Shown here one piece after another: positions 17,410 through 30,555 of a stretch of 64,000 nt of DNA (the first letter of the stretch is position 1; every line of letters starts with the position of its first letter). This stretch comes from Eledone cirrhosa (lineage: Eukaryota): contig OZ024740.1 of assembly GCA_964016885.1 (NCBI GenBank), positions 47,988,001 to 48,052,000 on the forward strand, given 5' to 3'. The position numbers were made by a program, and so were the translations under genes. Below the pieces are notes generated by a model. That model was not told the DNA's origin. It saw nothing but the letters and a program-made list of their open reading frames with translations, and ran no database searches.

Positions 17410-17467
17410 TACAACACATATGTGTATAATACTATGTTGGAGCACCTATACTAAATTTATATATACA

Positions 17468-17800
17468 CAGTGTGCCCCCCAGTATTCGCAGAATTTTCCT
17501 TAGAACCTAACTAATAATTGTTCGTGGAAACCATCATATATTCGCGGAATCATAAATATCTTCTGTGATTTTCATTATGGCTTTTTTCGTGGCAATATAT
17601 ATTTTTTTAACACTAAATTATTACTAACAATATACAATATTTGCTGGCCTATTGGACGCCTCTTTTTTTTATTATATTTTACCTTATATTTTGACATTTA
17701 TAGGCATTTTTATGGACCACACACAATATTCGTGGTTTTTCACTCTTCGTGGGTGCTCTAGGAACATAACCCCCACAAGGGGGGGGGGGGGGGGGGGGCT
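17468..17800. mobile_element. Tigger/pogo-like non-autonomous DNA transposon remnant
   Basis: Starts CAGTGTGCCCCCCAGTATTCGC, ends ..GGAACATAACCCCCACAAG(G)n; TIR match is degenerate. Confidence 0.45.
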
Positions 17801-18407
17801 TCTGCTGGGATTGGAGACTTGTGTATTTAAACCATATGGAGATTTTGTTGACAGGATCTAGCTGGAACTCCTCTCTGTTGCCAATGCAATAACTTAGCAG
17901 CTAACACAACTCAGTATAATTTCTAGCTTACAAGGAAGCTGCTATATGATTATCAAACCTGCTTGAGATATCCTTCAAAGCATGCCCTACTGTCTTAAAA
18001 AAGGACACCTTGAATAACACAATCCTGGCTGTCTGAAAAAAAAAAATGGTATGATCATGACCGGAAGGATTTTAGTTTATTTTTGTTAGGACTATGAGCT
18101 GTATATAAACAATACCAACAGCAACAACCCAGTATGATGTTGCTAGTTTCTTTGATAGCCATATTAAACCTCAGATTTAGAATGAGTACACTGTATGGCT
18201 GTGTGTTGTAAGAAGTGACTAAAAGAAATGATGAGGTGATTATATCTTTTTGCTTTATTCTATCAACATATCTAAATATTTTACCAGCCAATCTAGATCT
18301 AAACTTTGAGTTCTGTTAGTGGAAAAACACTGTTCTTAAACCACAATGATATTTTCATGAAATTCAATAGTTGCCAACAACAACACTGAGCACCTTCTTG
18401 AATTCCA

Positions 18408-19680
18408 TATGTCTAACACCCATGGACATGCTTACAAAATCAGAAAATAGAATAGCTTCCATGACTTTCGGAAACATTTTTTCACGCTCAGAGTTGCTGT
18501 AGCATGGAACAAACTACCTGCATCAGTTGTTAGCTGTCAAGACACTGCATCCTTCCAAACTTCCATGCTTCCTGAATTTCACCAACACCTTCCGCTACCT
18601 GGGTGACAAAATTAGCAGTGGTGGTGGGTGCTCAGAAAGTACAGTAGCCAGAGAGCTTATACCACTATTGGCTGCTAAAGGCAGACTGTATGATGCCTGC
18701 ATACGAACAGCTATGTTACATGGCAGTGAGACATGGGTATTGTGTGCAGAGGATCTACACAGACTGGAGAGGAACGAAGCATGCATGCCCCGCTGGATGT
18801 GTAATAGTAATATACGTGAACAGCAAAGTATAAATGGACTAAGTGAGAAATTAGGTATAAGAGGTATAAGAGGGATCAGATGCTGTTTACTCAAGAGAAG
18901 ACTACGTTGGTATGGTCACATGATGCGCATGAAAGACAACAGCTGTATAAAAAAGTGCAGGGCGGTCAAAATTGACAGAAGTTACGGAGTAGGCACACCC
19001 AGAATATCCTGGGACGATTTGATAAATTCCGACCTTACACACTTACACCTCTCTAAGACAATGTCACTGGACCGAGATCTTTGGCGCTACACAGTAATAC
19101 AGAAGACCCGCCTTGCCTAAGTACAAAGCGAAACCTACAATCAATAGGCACCCCTTAATCAAATATACACCCCCCGTCCCGCTACCCCAACTCCCCCACC
19201 CCCATCAACACCACCCCTTTCTCTGTAAAGTTATGTTGGTACCACAACATCCAGTCCTAAATAAATGTGTCGTGTAGGTGTCACGAGAAAAAAACACACA
19301 GTCCATGCTGTAATGTGGCTGTGTAGGTATCACGGCAAAAACCTCCCAGTCCACACTGTAAACATGGTTGGTGTTAGGAAGGGCATCCAGCCGTAGAAAA
19401 CCTGCCAGACAGTCCCATACGAGTGAGACGACCAATCTTGCCTCAAGTGGGACAATTCCCGTCTAAACCCATGCTAACGTGGAAGATAGACGTTAAACGA
19501 TGATGATGACTACACCTAATATTCCCCCTCCCTACACACGCACACATGTATCTGTTTGTATATCATGACTCCTACATTGTTCACTTTCCTGACACTTGTA
19601 CATTATTCTTTGTACTATACATGCACCTTTGATGAGTAGTAGTGCTCCTGAGCACTGTACACAATAATTTTCATTATTAT
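18408..19680 (+). mobile_element. 3' end of a second CR1-type family, split by an RTE insertion
   Basis: HAYKIRK..DFRKHFFTLRVAVAWNKLPASVV at 18408-18588, resumes at 19510 and ends in (ATT)n; uninterrupted copy at 44204-44534. Confidence 0.78.
18586..19509 (+). mobile_element. RTE family 1, 5'-truncated, with internal deletions
   Basis: [34 protein letters not shown]..; (GAT)n tail. Confidence 0.92.
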
Positions 19681-19690
19681 TAATTATTAA

Positions 19691-19912
19691 GGCCGGTGGA
19701 TTGGCATTATCGGTAGAGGGTCAGGCACCATGCTTTGCAGCATAGTTACGGCCCTTTGTGATCTGAGTTCAAATCCCGCCGAGGTTAACTTTGCCATTCA
19801 TCCTTAAGGGGTCGATAAATTAGAGTACCAGTCATGCACTGGGGTCAATTTAATCGATTTTCGCCTCCACCAAAATTGCTGGCCTATATAAGAAACAATT
19901 ATTATTATTATT
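19691..19912 (+). mobile_element. SINE family S1
   Basis: tRNA-like head with B-box, conserved core, (ATT)n tail. Confidence 0.85.
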
Positions 19913-20148
19913 GTGCCTAACCTATAATGTAATGTACTCTATTTAAAATAAATTTAATAAAGCTGGTTGTATTGAGGCAATTAAAAAGGTGGGTGTAAGG
20001 AATGACATTTGGCAATAAAACACTTGAAAAAACCTTTCTAGCCTATGCCAATATGGAAAAAGGGAATGTAAAAATGATGATGATGATGTTTAACTTCAAG
20101 TTCACCCTGACTTAGCAAACCTAGAATCAAAAGTATTTCATCCATAAC

Positions 20149-21512
20149 CATCATCCTCATCATCATTTTACGTCCGTCCTAGCATGGGTTAGACGGGTTG
20201 TCCTGTTGTGGGTAGTGTACAGTCAGCTGACCATGCCTTGCTCATACAGGAACTGATTCTGGCTTGATTTCTACAGCTGGATGCCCTTCCTAACACCAAC
20301 CTCATTTACAGTGAGAGCTGGGTGCTTTTTTTCTGTGGCGCCTACACGTCCACTTTGCAGTGGGGGTGTGGGGGAATATTGTCTATATGCTTCAGCTTCG
20401 GCTTGTACCCATGGGGTGGTCAGGTCTTCTGTATTACTGTGTGACGCCAGAGGTCACGGTCGTGTGTCATCGCCTTTGAGAGGTGTAATTGGGTAAGGTC
20501 GGCTTTTATCATCTCATCCCAGGTCTTCTTGGGTCTCCCCACTCCACGGTTTCCATCGACTTCTAGTGCTCTGCACCTTTTTATGCAGCTATCATCCTTC
20601 ATACGCATCACATGTCCATACCAACGCAACCGCCTCTCCTGCACATAGCATTTGATTCATCTTATGCTCAGTCTCTCTCTCTCAATTCGTTTACGCTTTG
20701 CCATTCGCGTATATTACTATTACACATCCATCGGAGCATGCAGGCTTCGTTTCTTTCTAATCTATGCAAGTCTTCCACAGATAGCGCCCAGATCTCACTA
20801 CCATGTGACATTGCTGTTCGTATACACGCATCATACAGTCTGCCTTTCATTTTGAGGGAAAAACCTTTTGCAGCTAGCAGTGGCAGTAGTTCCCTGAACT
20901 TCTTCCATCCCATTTTTACCCTAGTTATTGTACTTTCCGAACACCCACCTCCGCTGCTAATTCGGTCACCTAGGTAGCAGAAGCTGTCTACTGTTTCTAC
21001 AGAACCCTCCCAGAGTTTGGTGGTACTTGTTTCCTGTGGCTGTTTGCTGCTTGCTGTTCCAGCACAGCTGCTACATGTGAAGCCTACATTCTTAGTTAAG
21101 CTTCCTGAGATCCCGCTACATCTCTTGTGTACCCATTGTTTGCATTTGGGGCAGAGAATAGAGTTCCTACCTACACCTTTCCTACATACTGAGCAAGGCC
21201 ATTTCTCTGAGGGGATCTGGGTTCTGTTTTCTCGACTACTTTCAAAGACCTTAGTCTTTGTCAAGTTGACTTTGAGACCCTTTCTTTCTAGTCCCTGCTA
21301 CCAAGTTTGGAATTTCTTCTCTAGTTCTACCATAGATTCAGCTATAAGTGCGAGGTCATCTGCATACAGGAGTTCCCATGGGCATCCGGTCTTAAACTCT
21401 TCCGTTATTGCCTGCAGGACTATGATGAACAGGAGAGGGCCAAGAACAGAGCCCTGGTGGACACCGACCTGTATGCTAAATTCCTCGCTATAGTCATTGC
21501 TAATCTTACTCT
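20149..21512 (-). mobile_element. RTE family 2, 5'-truncated, with stops/frameshift; carries a PHD finger
   Basis: GVHQGSVLGPLLF, LLYADDL, KTKV, CSVC..CPKC..H..C..CSSC, YLGD, LRWYGHV; (GAT)n tail at the left end. Confidence 0.92.
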
Positions 21513-21807
21513 CCTATATTTCTGGCACAGTGTAATTTGGAACTACACCTTCTAATCTGTCCTTCCTTTTATAAGATAGTAGCATGTGATCTGAAGGAGA
21601 TGTGGCTGCTATTTCTAGTAAATCTAGTCACTTTGTAGTAGCTTCCTTGTTCACTGAGGTAGTAGTTATGATGATGGCAAAGGTGTTAAGTTAAGGTGGT
21701 GAATGAAAAAACATTGTAAGTGCTAACATTTGGCTGTGATGTTTCTTTTGTTGCCTTTTATATCATCAATATTACAATTAATGATTTATTGATAAACATC
21801 CAATTTC

Positions 21808-22262
21808 ACCACCTCCTTCTTCCCCATCATCATCACCACTACCACAACGACCAACACCATCTTCATCATCACCACCATCACCAACGCCACCATCTTCATT
21901 ATCATCACCACCACCAATACCACCACCACTACCACCATCTTCATCACCACCACTACCACCATCTTCATCATCACCACCACCACCATCTTCATCATCACCA
22001 CCACCACCATCTTCATCATCACCAACACCATCTTCATCATCACCAACACCATCTTCATTATCATCACCACCACCACCATCTTCATCATCACCAACACCAC
22101 CATCTTCATTATCATCACCATCACCAACACCACCATCTTCATTATCATCATCACCACCAATACTACCACCACCATCATCACCATCATATACTATCATTAT
22201 TATCAGTACCATCATTGTTTTCCAATCTCCTCCTCTTCGTTATCATCATCCTCATCATCATC
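21808..22262. repeat. (CAC/CAT)n trinucleotide low-complexity array
   Basis: Recurrent CACCACCATCTTCATCAT units. Confidence 0.93.
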
Positions 22263-22857
22263 AGGTGTTTGTTGTCTGTTTTAACATGTTTGTAATCGAA
22301 AAGGAAAAAAATACAACAAAAATAGCTAAATTAAATTAAGAGAGAAAGAAAGAAAAAGAATTCAAACATATATATATATATATAAAACCTCCCTATAAAT
22401 TTGTTGCTCACCCCACCCCACCCAAGAAACTTAAGTGATTTAGGTAAGTATTCTGTGACCTTGTCTTCCATATTTATTGCTCCAGTCATGGATCCTATCC
22501 AAAAATAGAGGGTATATTGTATTAAGTGTAATACAAAGTTTTCTTTTCCTCCTATTTTTTTTCCTTCTTGGCAAAGTTCCACAATGTTATATAACATTTT
22601 CTTTTACGAGCCAATGAAGGAACTTCTAAGCAGTTGCTAAACCTGCTAGGTGTAGCAGCGAAATTTCCATCAAAATATCACTTCTACTGTCTCAGAAAAG
22701 ATGGTAACATTGGATTACTAATGCAGTTCATTATGAAATATTTTGTGATGGTCACAGCTGGAATGCCAGCGATCATTGGTGATCAAGAGTTATAAGTACT
22801 AGGAAAACTACTAACAATGGCAATCGTAACATTATTATATTTTTCACTTTTCAATCA

Positions 22858-23221
22858 TTAACCCTTTTCATACTGCCTCTGGTTCTATGATATGCAATTT
22901 TATTTTAAAGTGTTTATTTATATTCAAAAACATATCGTAATTTTATGGAAGAACTACTGTTAAGTTAGCTCCAAAAATCAATTAATCTTTTTGTTATATT
23001 TATAACAAAAGACTTGATTTTCAAATAATTTTGAAGATAATAATAAAAAATTGGAGAGATTTAGTAATATAATTAGCTTTCTCATTATTAAACTGGTGTT
23101 TAGACCATAACTTAACAAGGGTTCTTACATAGAATTATAATGGAAGGTTTTTATATAGATATAAATACTTCAAAATTAACACTTTCTAGAACCAGGGGTG
23201 GTTTAGTAACAAAATAGTTAA
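22858..23221. mobile_element. Degenerate TTAA-flanked MITE family B
   Basis: TTAACCCTTTT.. / ..AAAATAGTTAA; interior shared with ~16984-17105, 42311-42533, 45470-45678, 51339-51580. Confidence 0.55.
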
Positions 23222-23539
23222 TAATGAGCAAGTTAGTTATATTAGTAAATCCCTTCAAATTATTGATAATTTTAAAAACCATTGTAAAGCAAAAGTTGTG
23301 TCGTTCATAAGAAATATGTTAACAAAATGGTTAAAATTAGTTCATTCTATTTTTCAGCATTCAGAATGTCTATCTTATTCTTATAGTAAGGTAAAGGAAC
23401 CTTAACTCCTGATAGTCTTAGGGATACCATTGTGATACACAGTGTGTTTTGGGCATTTTAAACATGGTGGAGCCCATTCCACTCCAAGTCGAACCACAGT
23501 GATTTCTTCCAGAGAAAGTGATAGAGAGAGATAGAGGAA

Positions 23540-24075
23540 GTACCAACCCTAGTACTGGACTAGTACTTTATTTATCAACCTTGAAAGGATGAAAAGTAGA
23601 GTTGACCTCAACAAGGTTTGAACTCAGAGTGCAGAGAGTTGGAACAAATACTGAGCCATTTTTAATCCAACACCCTAACAACCCTACCAATCCACTGCCT
23701 TCTTTAGTCAATAGACCGAGGTATAATTGTAGCCTTCAAGAAATTATAGTTCCATGTTGGGTTCAGTGGCATTTGCACTCAGAATATAAAGGGCAGTGAC
23801 AAAATGATGCAAAGCTCTTTATTTGATGCTCTGATTTTGCTAATCCGATGCCCTTTAATATTTTCTAATTTAGGCACAAGGCCAGCCATTTGAGGGGAGG
23901 GGAAAGTCAGTTATGCTGAACCCAATAATTGGCTAGTAATTTATTTCATCAACCTTGGCTGGATGAAAGGCAACGTTGACCTTGGTTGGATTTGAACTTA
24001 GAATGTGATGAACCAGAAGAAATACTTCAGAGCAATATTTTCAATGCTCTAACAATTCTGCCAATCCACAGCCCT
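23540..24075 (-). mobile_element. Cluster of older S1-related SINE remnants
   Basis: Three GATTTGAACTC-like B-box complements, two of them with GATGAAAGGCAA-like cores. Confidence 0.65.
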
Positions 24076-25509
24076 TAACTATTCCTCTTAATAATATTAC
24101 AATATTTACTTCTATCACACTAAAGAGCTATGTGGTGGTGTTAAGACAACCATCCATGTAGGCTATCATATGATTTGAACTCTATAAAGAACTGTAATTT
24201 GGTAATAAGAAATAGTAAAAATGCAGTATTGAGTTAAAGAGACAGTGAAGAAATTTGATTTAAAATAAAAATGCATGTAAACAAAGCATAGATATTGACA
24301 ACTATGAAGAAAGTGAAGGAATACAAGATACAGACACTACACAAACACACATATGTGTTATTTGGATTGTTTCACTCAGTGTGGCCAAGGACATAATAGA
24401 GCATGACATTCAATTATGTAGCTATTTCCTTATATTAGTAATTATTAGCTGAATATGCCACAAGTGTCTGAGATATATGTTACAACTGTCATATACAGAT
24501 ATTTAAGTTTCATTGGGTTATACACCACAACTCAGCCTGTTATATAAAGAAAGATGGTTACTACCAAGGCTGTAGTTCTTTTGGGGGAAAATATATGAGA
24601 GCTCTTCAAGGGCAGCAAATTTCGAAATTAGCTATAAATAAAAAAAATTATTAGATAGGTTAAATGGAGGTAACTATCATAAAAATAATTCCAAATGCAG
24701 GGAATGTATGCCAAGATAGTAATTCAAAGAAATCAAATTCCTTGAAATTCAAATTTGTTAGTAATTCAAAGAAACTATATTCCTTGAAATTCAAATTAGT
24801 TAGTCTGGTCTATACTAGAAATGAATTTTGCTTTGTGTGGACAGTGGCTGAAGCAGTCAAGGCGTGTATTTAAGCAGTGTTTCTCTGAAGCTAGTTGTGA
24901 GAGTTTATTCCACTTTTCCGAGTTTCATATATATATTTAATGTATCAATGTGTGTGTGTATTTTATGCATCCTCCCACATACACACATGCACTTAAATTA
25001 TCATCACCATAATTTAACATCCATTTTTCCTGATACCAAGAGTTAGACAGGTAACCACAGACCAAGCCAGTACTTAATTGATACTACTGACTTCTTAGAT
25101 GGGCCAGGGGTATGTGTTTTGCTTGCAGATGCACTGGGTGTATTTTATCATGGCATCAGCATTAGGAAGATTGTCATGTCATTGACACAACTGAAGAGTT
25201 TTCTCAATCCTTTGTTTGGCAGGCTTTCTAAGGCTTCATACCCTTCATAACACCAACCATTATACAAAGCGTATAAGATGCATTTATCATGTAGATTATG
25301 TGACACGACCAAAGAATTGTCAATTGTTAACATATTTCAAAATTAAAAGACTCAGTATGTCTGAATGATTAAAAAGTTTGCTTCACAGCTATGTATATCC
25401 AGATCCAAGTTACAGTGAACTGCTTTGAATCTTAGGTATGTGTTTTTTCTAACTATCTAAACTCATGATAGCATGGAAGATAGACGTTAAACGATGATGA
25501 TGATTGTCT

Positions 25510-25742
25510 TAGGTTAACCCAAATATTCCGAGTGAAATTTGGTAAACAGAAACTGTTCGGAAGCCCATCAGGTGAACTGTACCTGTAATTCAAAGGGCCA
25601 GCGTAATCATATACTGTGTCATGCTGAATCTCTTTGAGAAGTATGTTAAGTGCTCACATGTCTGTAGAATACTCAGTCATTTACATGATAATCAAACAAG
25701 TAGGCCATTTTGTTGATCAAACAACTTCTACATTCATTATCG
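25510..25742 (+). mobile_element. Degenerate SINE body (family S2)
   Basis: Reverse-complement similarity to 28395-28930. Confidence 0.55.
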
Positions 25743-26061
25743 AAACTGATGTCTTTTTTATCTTTTTATTGTAATTATTGTGTTCCATTTTTCTGTTTCC
25801 TGAGAACTCTAATATAATAAAGTCTTAGTAAATTAATCAGTTAAACTTAAGTGTGTTGCCTAGGATCCAAATAATCTATATTATAATAAGAATGCTGTCT
25901 ATCTATCCCTCCGTCTGTCATGCTCACTTTATATAGAGAGGGGGAGCACCAAGAAAGATATATGTACATAGATAAAGAGAGAAAATGGAACACCATGTGT
26001 TTAGAGAAAGAGGGTGTGTTTGTGTGTGACATGAGGGTGAAGACATTGTCCTCATCTACCA

Positions 26062-26283
26062 ATAATTGTTTTTACTTTAGGCACAAGGCCAGCAATTTGT
26101 AGGGGAAGGGAAAGTCGGTTAAATTGACCCAGTGCATTACTGGTACTTTATTTTATCGACCTCGTAAAGATGAAAGGCAAAGCTACCTCCGGCAAGATTA
26201 GAACTCGGAATGTAAAAAAACCATAACTCAATGCTGCGAAGCAGGGTGTCTGACGCTCTACCGATTCTATCAATTCACCACCC
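26062..26283 (-). mobile_element. SINE family S1
   Basis: Complement of head, core and AATTATT tail; flanked by CCTCATCTAC direct repeat. Confidence 0.82.
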
Positions 26284-26472
26284 TCATCTACTAATAGTTT
26301 CTGATTTTGGCACATAACCAGTAATTTGGAGGGGAGAGGAAAGTCAATTAAATAAATTCCAGTACTTGACTGGTATATTATTGTATCGACTCTGGGTTGA
26401 TAAAATAAAAACACCAGGAATATACTGGGTTGGTTTGACTTTCTCCCTCCCCTTCAAATTGCTGGCCTTGTA

Positions 26473-26675
26473 CTAACAGTCCATGACAGCATCGAGGGTA
26501 CTTTTGAATTTTTCCCACTGACCAATCATTGCCCAGATCCTAAACACCCCAGAAATCGATGGAGCTCGCCGCAAAGTTCATATTCTGACTAATTATTTTG
26601 TTTTCAATTCTAGGTATATCATGCAACATCAAAAGCTGTTTCATTAGTACCCTAGATGCTGCCATGGACTGTTAA
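26473..26675. mobile_element. MITE with ~27-bp TIRs inserted in a SINE tail
   Basis: CTAA-CAGTCCATGACAGCATCGAGGGTACT ... AGTACCCTAGATGCTGCCATGGACTG-TTAA; splits the SINE end GCTGGCCTTGTACTAA|TATAGAAACAATTATT. Confidence 0.8.
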
Positions 26676-27520
26676 TATAGAAACAATTATTATTATTATC
26701 TTAATGTTAGCCCATTTCTAATCATACTTCCTTTTTTAAATGAGTTGACATTTAATTAAGCATCATTATTGATTTCTGAGATATCAGCTGCATAAAGTAC
26801 AGTTGATTATTTAGTTATGTTGATGGCAAGTTTCTACAAATTAGCTTTTCTTGTTGTTGTTGTTTTAGTTGTGTGTGTGTGTGTGCGTGCGCGCGCATTG
26901 CCATTTTCCTCACAAATCTCAACTCTTGCTAGCCTGGAAAAATATAACCCCCCAAAAAAGGCTCTTAAAAAAAAAAGAGTGGTAAAACAAAGTAATAAAA
27001 AATAAATACAAAGAAAAAATACTCTCTAAATAAATTTATTCTACATGCCACCACCATAAATGAAACTCTTGTTTATAATGTAAACCTGTTATGTTGATAT
27101 CAGAGAGATAATCTCTCATTTGTTGGTTCTTGATAAACTGTTACTGACCAAACTTGTTGACCAACTTTTCACCATTTTACTGGGACAATTTACTCCTCTC
27201 ATTTGCTCTTTTAAAATGTTTTTGGTGGATTGCTGGTGATTTCTAATTGCTAAACTAATATGTTACTGTTTTATTGAGACAATTGATTCTTGGCACTTGA
27301 TGTTTTTAATAATTTGGTAAGGATTACAAAAACAAGAAAAACTGAAACCACACACCACTACCATGACTCCAGCCATGAAAGCCTGGTGACAGACCTCTAT
27401 GTGATTGTACTCTAAAGAATGGGTTACATATCAGATAGAAAAAGGTACATGTTTAAAGAGTTAGGTATGCTAAACCTAAACTGATTAATTGTAAAGTTCC
27501 TTCTGCTGAAGATTATCTAA

Positions 27521-27808
27521 TAATTGTTTTTACTTTTGGGACAAGGCCAGCAATTACATCAGTGCATTACTGGTACTTTATTTTATTGACCCCGTAAGGT
27601 TAAAAGGTAAAGTTAACCTCAGCAGGATTTGAACTCAGAACATAAATGGCCATAACTCTATGCTGCAAAGCATGATGTCTGACACTCTACCGATAGATAA
27701 AAGGCAAAGCTAACCACAGCCAGATTTAAACTCAGAACATAAAGGGATGCAACTATATACTGCAAAGCATATTGTCCAATGCCCTACCAATACAGCCAAT
27801 CCACCACC
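27521..27808 (-). mobile_element. SINE family S1 with duplicated head region
   Basis: Two successive B-box/head segments (~27600-27695 and ~27696-27808). Confidence 0.75.
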
Positions 27809-28394
27809 CTTTTATCTAATAATACAAACATGAACATTAGACTAATATATGTAACTGCAATGTGACACATTAAACCACTTATTGCTAACTGGTTTACTCT
27901 TGCTTTGCTAATATAGAGCATAAGAGGTAACTTTACAAATTTACAAGGTAATACCCATCTACATTTCTGCAATTCTAAATACAGACATTCGTTTCTATCA
28001 CTGCACAGATATATATTACTGGAATTGTTATTAAGTTTCTATGTTCAGTATGTTTGAGGTGCCAATGGTCAGTAGCCCATGGGTGGATATCATTCCACCA
28101 TTACAAGCAATATAATGCCTTCATGTTCCTCTCTCTTAGTGGCATGTTTTTACCCATAAGCAGAAATGTTTCTGAATTCAAGTTTCTGAATGCATAGTTC
28201 ACTTAATTTTACATTTGCAAGATCATTTGGCTCTGTTACTTGAAATAAACTGGCCCCTACCACCCAAAAGATTTGTCTCTCCTTCATTTAATATTAAGAA
28301 ACCAGAACTTAAAAATCCCTTGAGAGCTTAGAAGACAACTTATTTCACTTATTTGCAGCCAAGTTATTTGTTCTTGTATTGACATTATATACTC

Positions 28395-29047
28395 TGATGA
28401 TGAGTGTTCCAGTTGATTTAACCCTTTAGCATTTACATTACTCTATATTTACTATTATATTTTCACAGTAAAGGCTTTACCTCACATAATTATCTCACAT
28501 AGCATTTACACTACTCTATATTTACTATTATATTTTCACAGTAAAGGCTTTACCTCACATAATATCTCACATAGCATTTACACTACTCTATATTTACTAT
28601 TATATTTTCACAGTAAAGGCTTTACCTCACATAATTATCTCACATAATATCGAATCTATGAAATTTTGATATTATTCATTTTGAGGACAATACCTTAACA
28701 TCAGCATGAGTGGTTAGTTATGGCCAGTTTGAACAGAAAGAGGTAAGAGTATTCTGGCCAGATATGGCCAGTTTAAATACTAAAGGGTTAATCCACGCAA
28801 TAGCCTGCTTGTAAAATTAACTTGTAAGTAACTGAGCATTCCACAGATACACGATTTCTTAATGTAGTTCTCAGGAAGATATGGGATAAGGCTAGCCCCT
28901 TGAAATACAGGTATAACTGATTTTTACTGGCTGAGTCGGCTGGAGAAACATTAAATAAAGTGTCTTGCCCTGTTTGGTCAGGGAATTGAACTCACAATCT
29001 TACAATCATTAGCTGAACACTATAATCACTAATGCACATGCCTTCGC
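28395..29047 (-). mobile_element. tRNA-derived SINE family S2 (CORE-like), interrupted by MITE A
   Basis: B-box complement GGGAATTGAACTC at ~28981; AAATAAAGTGTCTTGCCC core; sequence continuous across the TTAA duplication. Confidence 0.72.
28418..28791. mobile_element. MITE family A with internal 72-73-bp triplication
   Basis: TTAA flanks; repeat units start at 28427, 28500, 28572. Confidence 0.88.
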
Positions 29048-29301
29048 CCCAAAATATACGCACTCTGTAAAGTGGTTGGCCATAAGAAGGGCATCAAATC
29101 ATAAAAAGTCTGCCAAACAAAGAGTCAGAACTCTTCAGCCACGTCAAAGACATAATAGCCTCTTCAGTCCTGGTGCCATGATAAAATGCATTCAGTAGAC
29201 CACAGGAGTGTATGTAAATGAGATGCAGACCCCCAGCCCATCTGAGAGGTCAGTAACTCTGCTTGAGTACTGACTTGGACATTAAATGATAATGAGGATA
29301 A

Positions 29302-29332
<31 letters not shown>

Positions 29333-29612
29333 CGCACATGCACACACTCTTTCTCTCTGTCTCTCTCTCTCTCTGTCCAGCAGGCCACAAACTTGACACT
29401 CGCTAGGAATAACTGTCAGAAATATCTCACTCAGTAAAAGAAATGTAATAATGATTTATGTTTTGGAGACACAAGAACCATTTTTTACTTCCATAAATGA
29501 AATCCTAACCTTCTCTTTGGTCCCCTAGTAATATCTGCATTCATGGGGGGTGATGTTATTAACTACATTTTTCATTGTTATTCACAATCTGTCTATTTGT
29601 AATCATCTATAT

Positions 29613-30550
29613 ATCATCATCATTGTTTAACGTCCATTTTCCACGCTAACATGGGTCTGGACGGGAATTGTCCCACTTGAGGCAAGCTTGGTTGTCTTGC
29701 TCAGGACTGTCTGGCGGGTTTCTATGGCTGGATGCCCTTCCTAACACCAACCACGTTTACAGTGTGGACTGGGAGGTTTTTACTGTGTTACCTACACAGT
29801 CACATTACAGCGTGGACTGTGTTTTTTTGTTGTGACACCTACACGATCTCATTTATTTAGGACTGGATGTTGTGGTACCAACATAGCTTTACATCGAAAG
29901 GGGTGGGGGTAGTGGGACGGGAGTGTATTTTGGTTAAGAGGTGCCTACTGACTGTAGGTTTCGCTTTGTACTCAGGCAAGGCGGGTCTTCTGTATTACTA
30001 CAGCGCCAAAGATCTCGGTCCAGTGACATTCTTGGAAAGGTGTGTGTGAGGTCGGATTTTATCAAGTCCTCCCAGCTTTTTCTGGGTCTGCCTACTCCTT
30101 AGCTACCGTCTATTTTGATCGCCCTGCACTTTTTCATACAGCTGTCGTCTTTCATGCACATCACGTGACCATACCAATGTAGTCTTCTCTCGAGTAAACA
30201 GCATCTGATCCCTCTTATTCCTAATTTCTCACTTAGTTCATTTATGCTTTGCCATTCGCGTATATTACTATTACACATCCAACGGAGCATGCAAGCTTCA
30301 TTCCTCTCCAGTCTGCATAGATCCTCTGCACACAAGGCCCATGTCACACTGCCATGTAACATCGCTGTTCGTATGCAGGCATCATACAGTCTGCCTTTCA
30401 TTTTTAGAGAGAAACCTTTAGCGGCCAATAGTGGTATAAGCTCTCTGAACGTTTTCCATCCCGTTCGGACTCTAGCTACAGTACTTTCGGAGCACCCTCC
30501 ACCCCTGCTGATTTTGTCACCCAGGTAACGGAAGGTGTACACTATTTATA
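29613..30550 (-). mobile_element. RTE family 1, 5'-truncated
   Basis: FRYLGDKISRGGGC..RLHWYGHVM; premature stop at 30099; 3' UTR and tail. Confidence 0.92.
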
Positions 30551-30555
30551 TATAT

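Noticed and set aside
21720-22295. His-rich or Gly/Asp-rich protein
   Set aside because: Trinucleotide repeat open in several frames, with no splice or domain evidence.
24717-24803. 42-bp tandem duplication (and a ~112-bp one at ~58425-58640)
   Set aside because: Ordinary two-copy local duplications with no further structure.
28390-28420. CTGATGA motifs here and at ~16633, ~47358, ~56265 as further hammerheads
   Set aside because: No stem II followed by GAAA, and no stem I/III pairing.
18586-30550. Apparent identical 5' truncation point of two RTE copies, suggesting a non-autonomous subfamily
   Set aside because: The copy at 29613-30550 extends ~13 nt further, so the ends differ.
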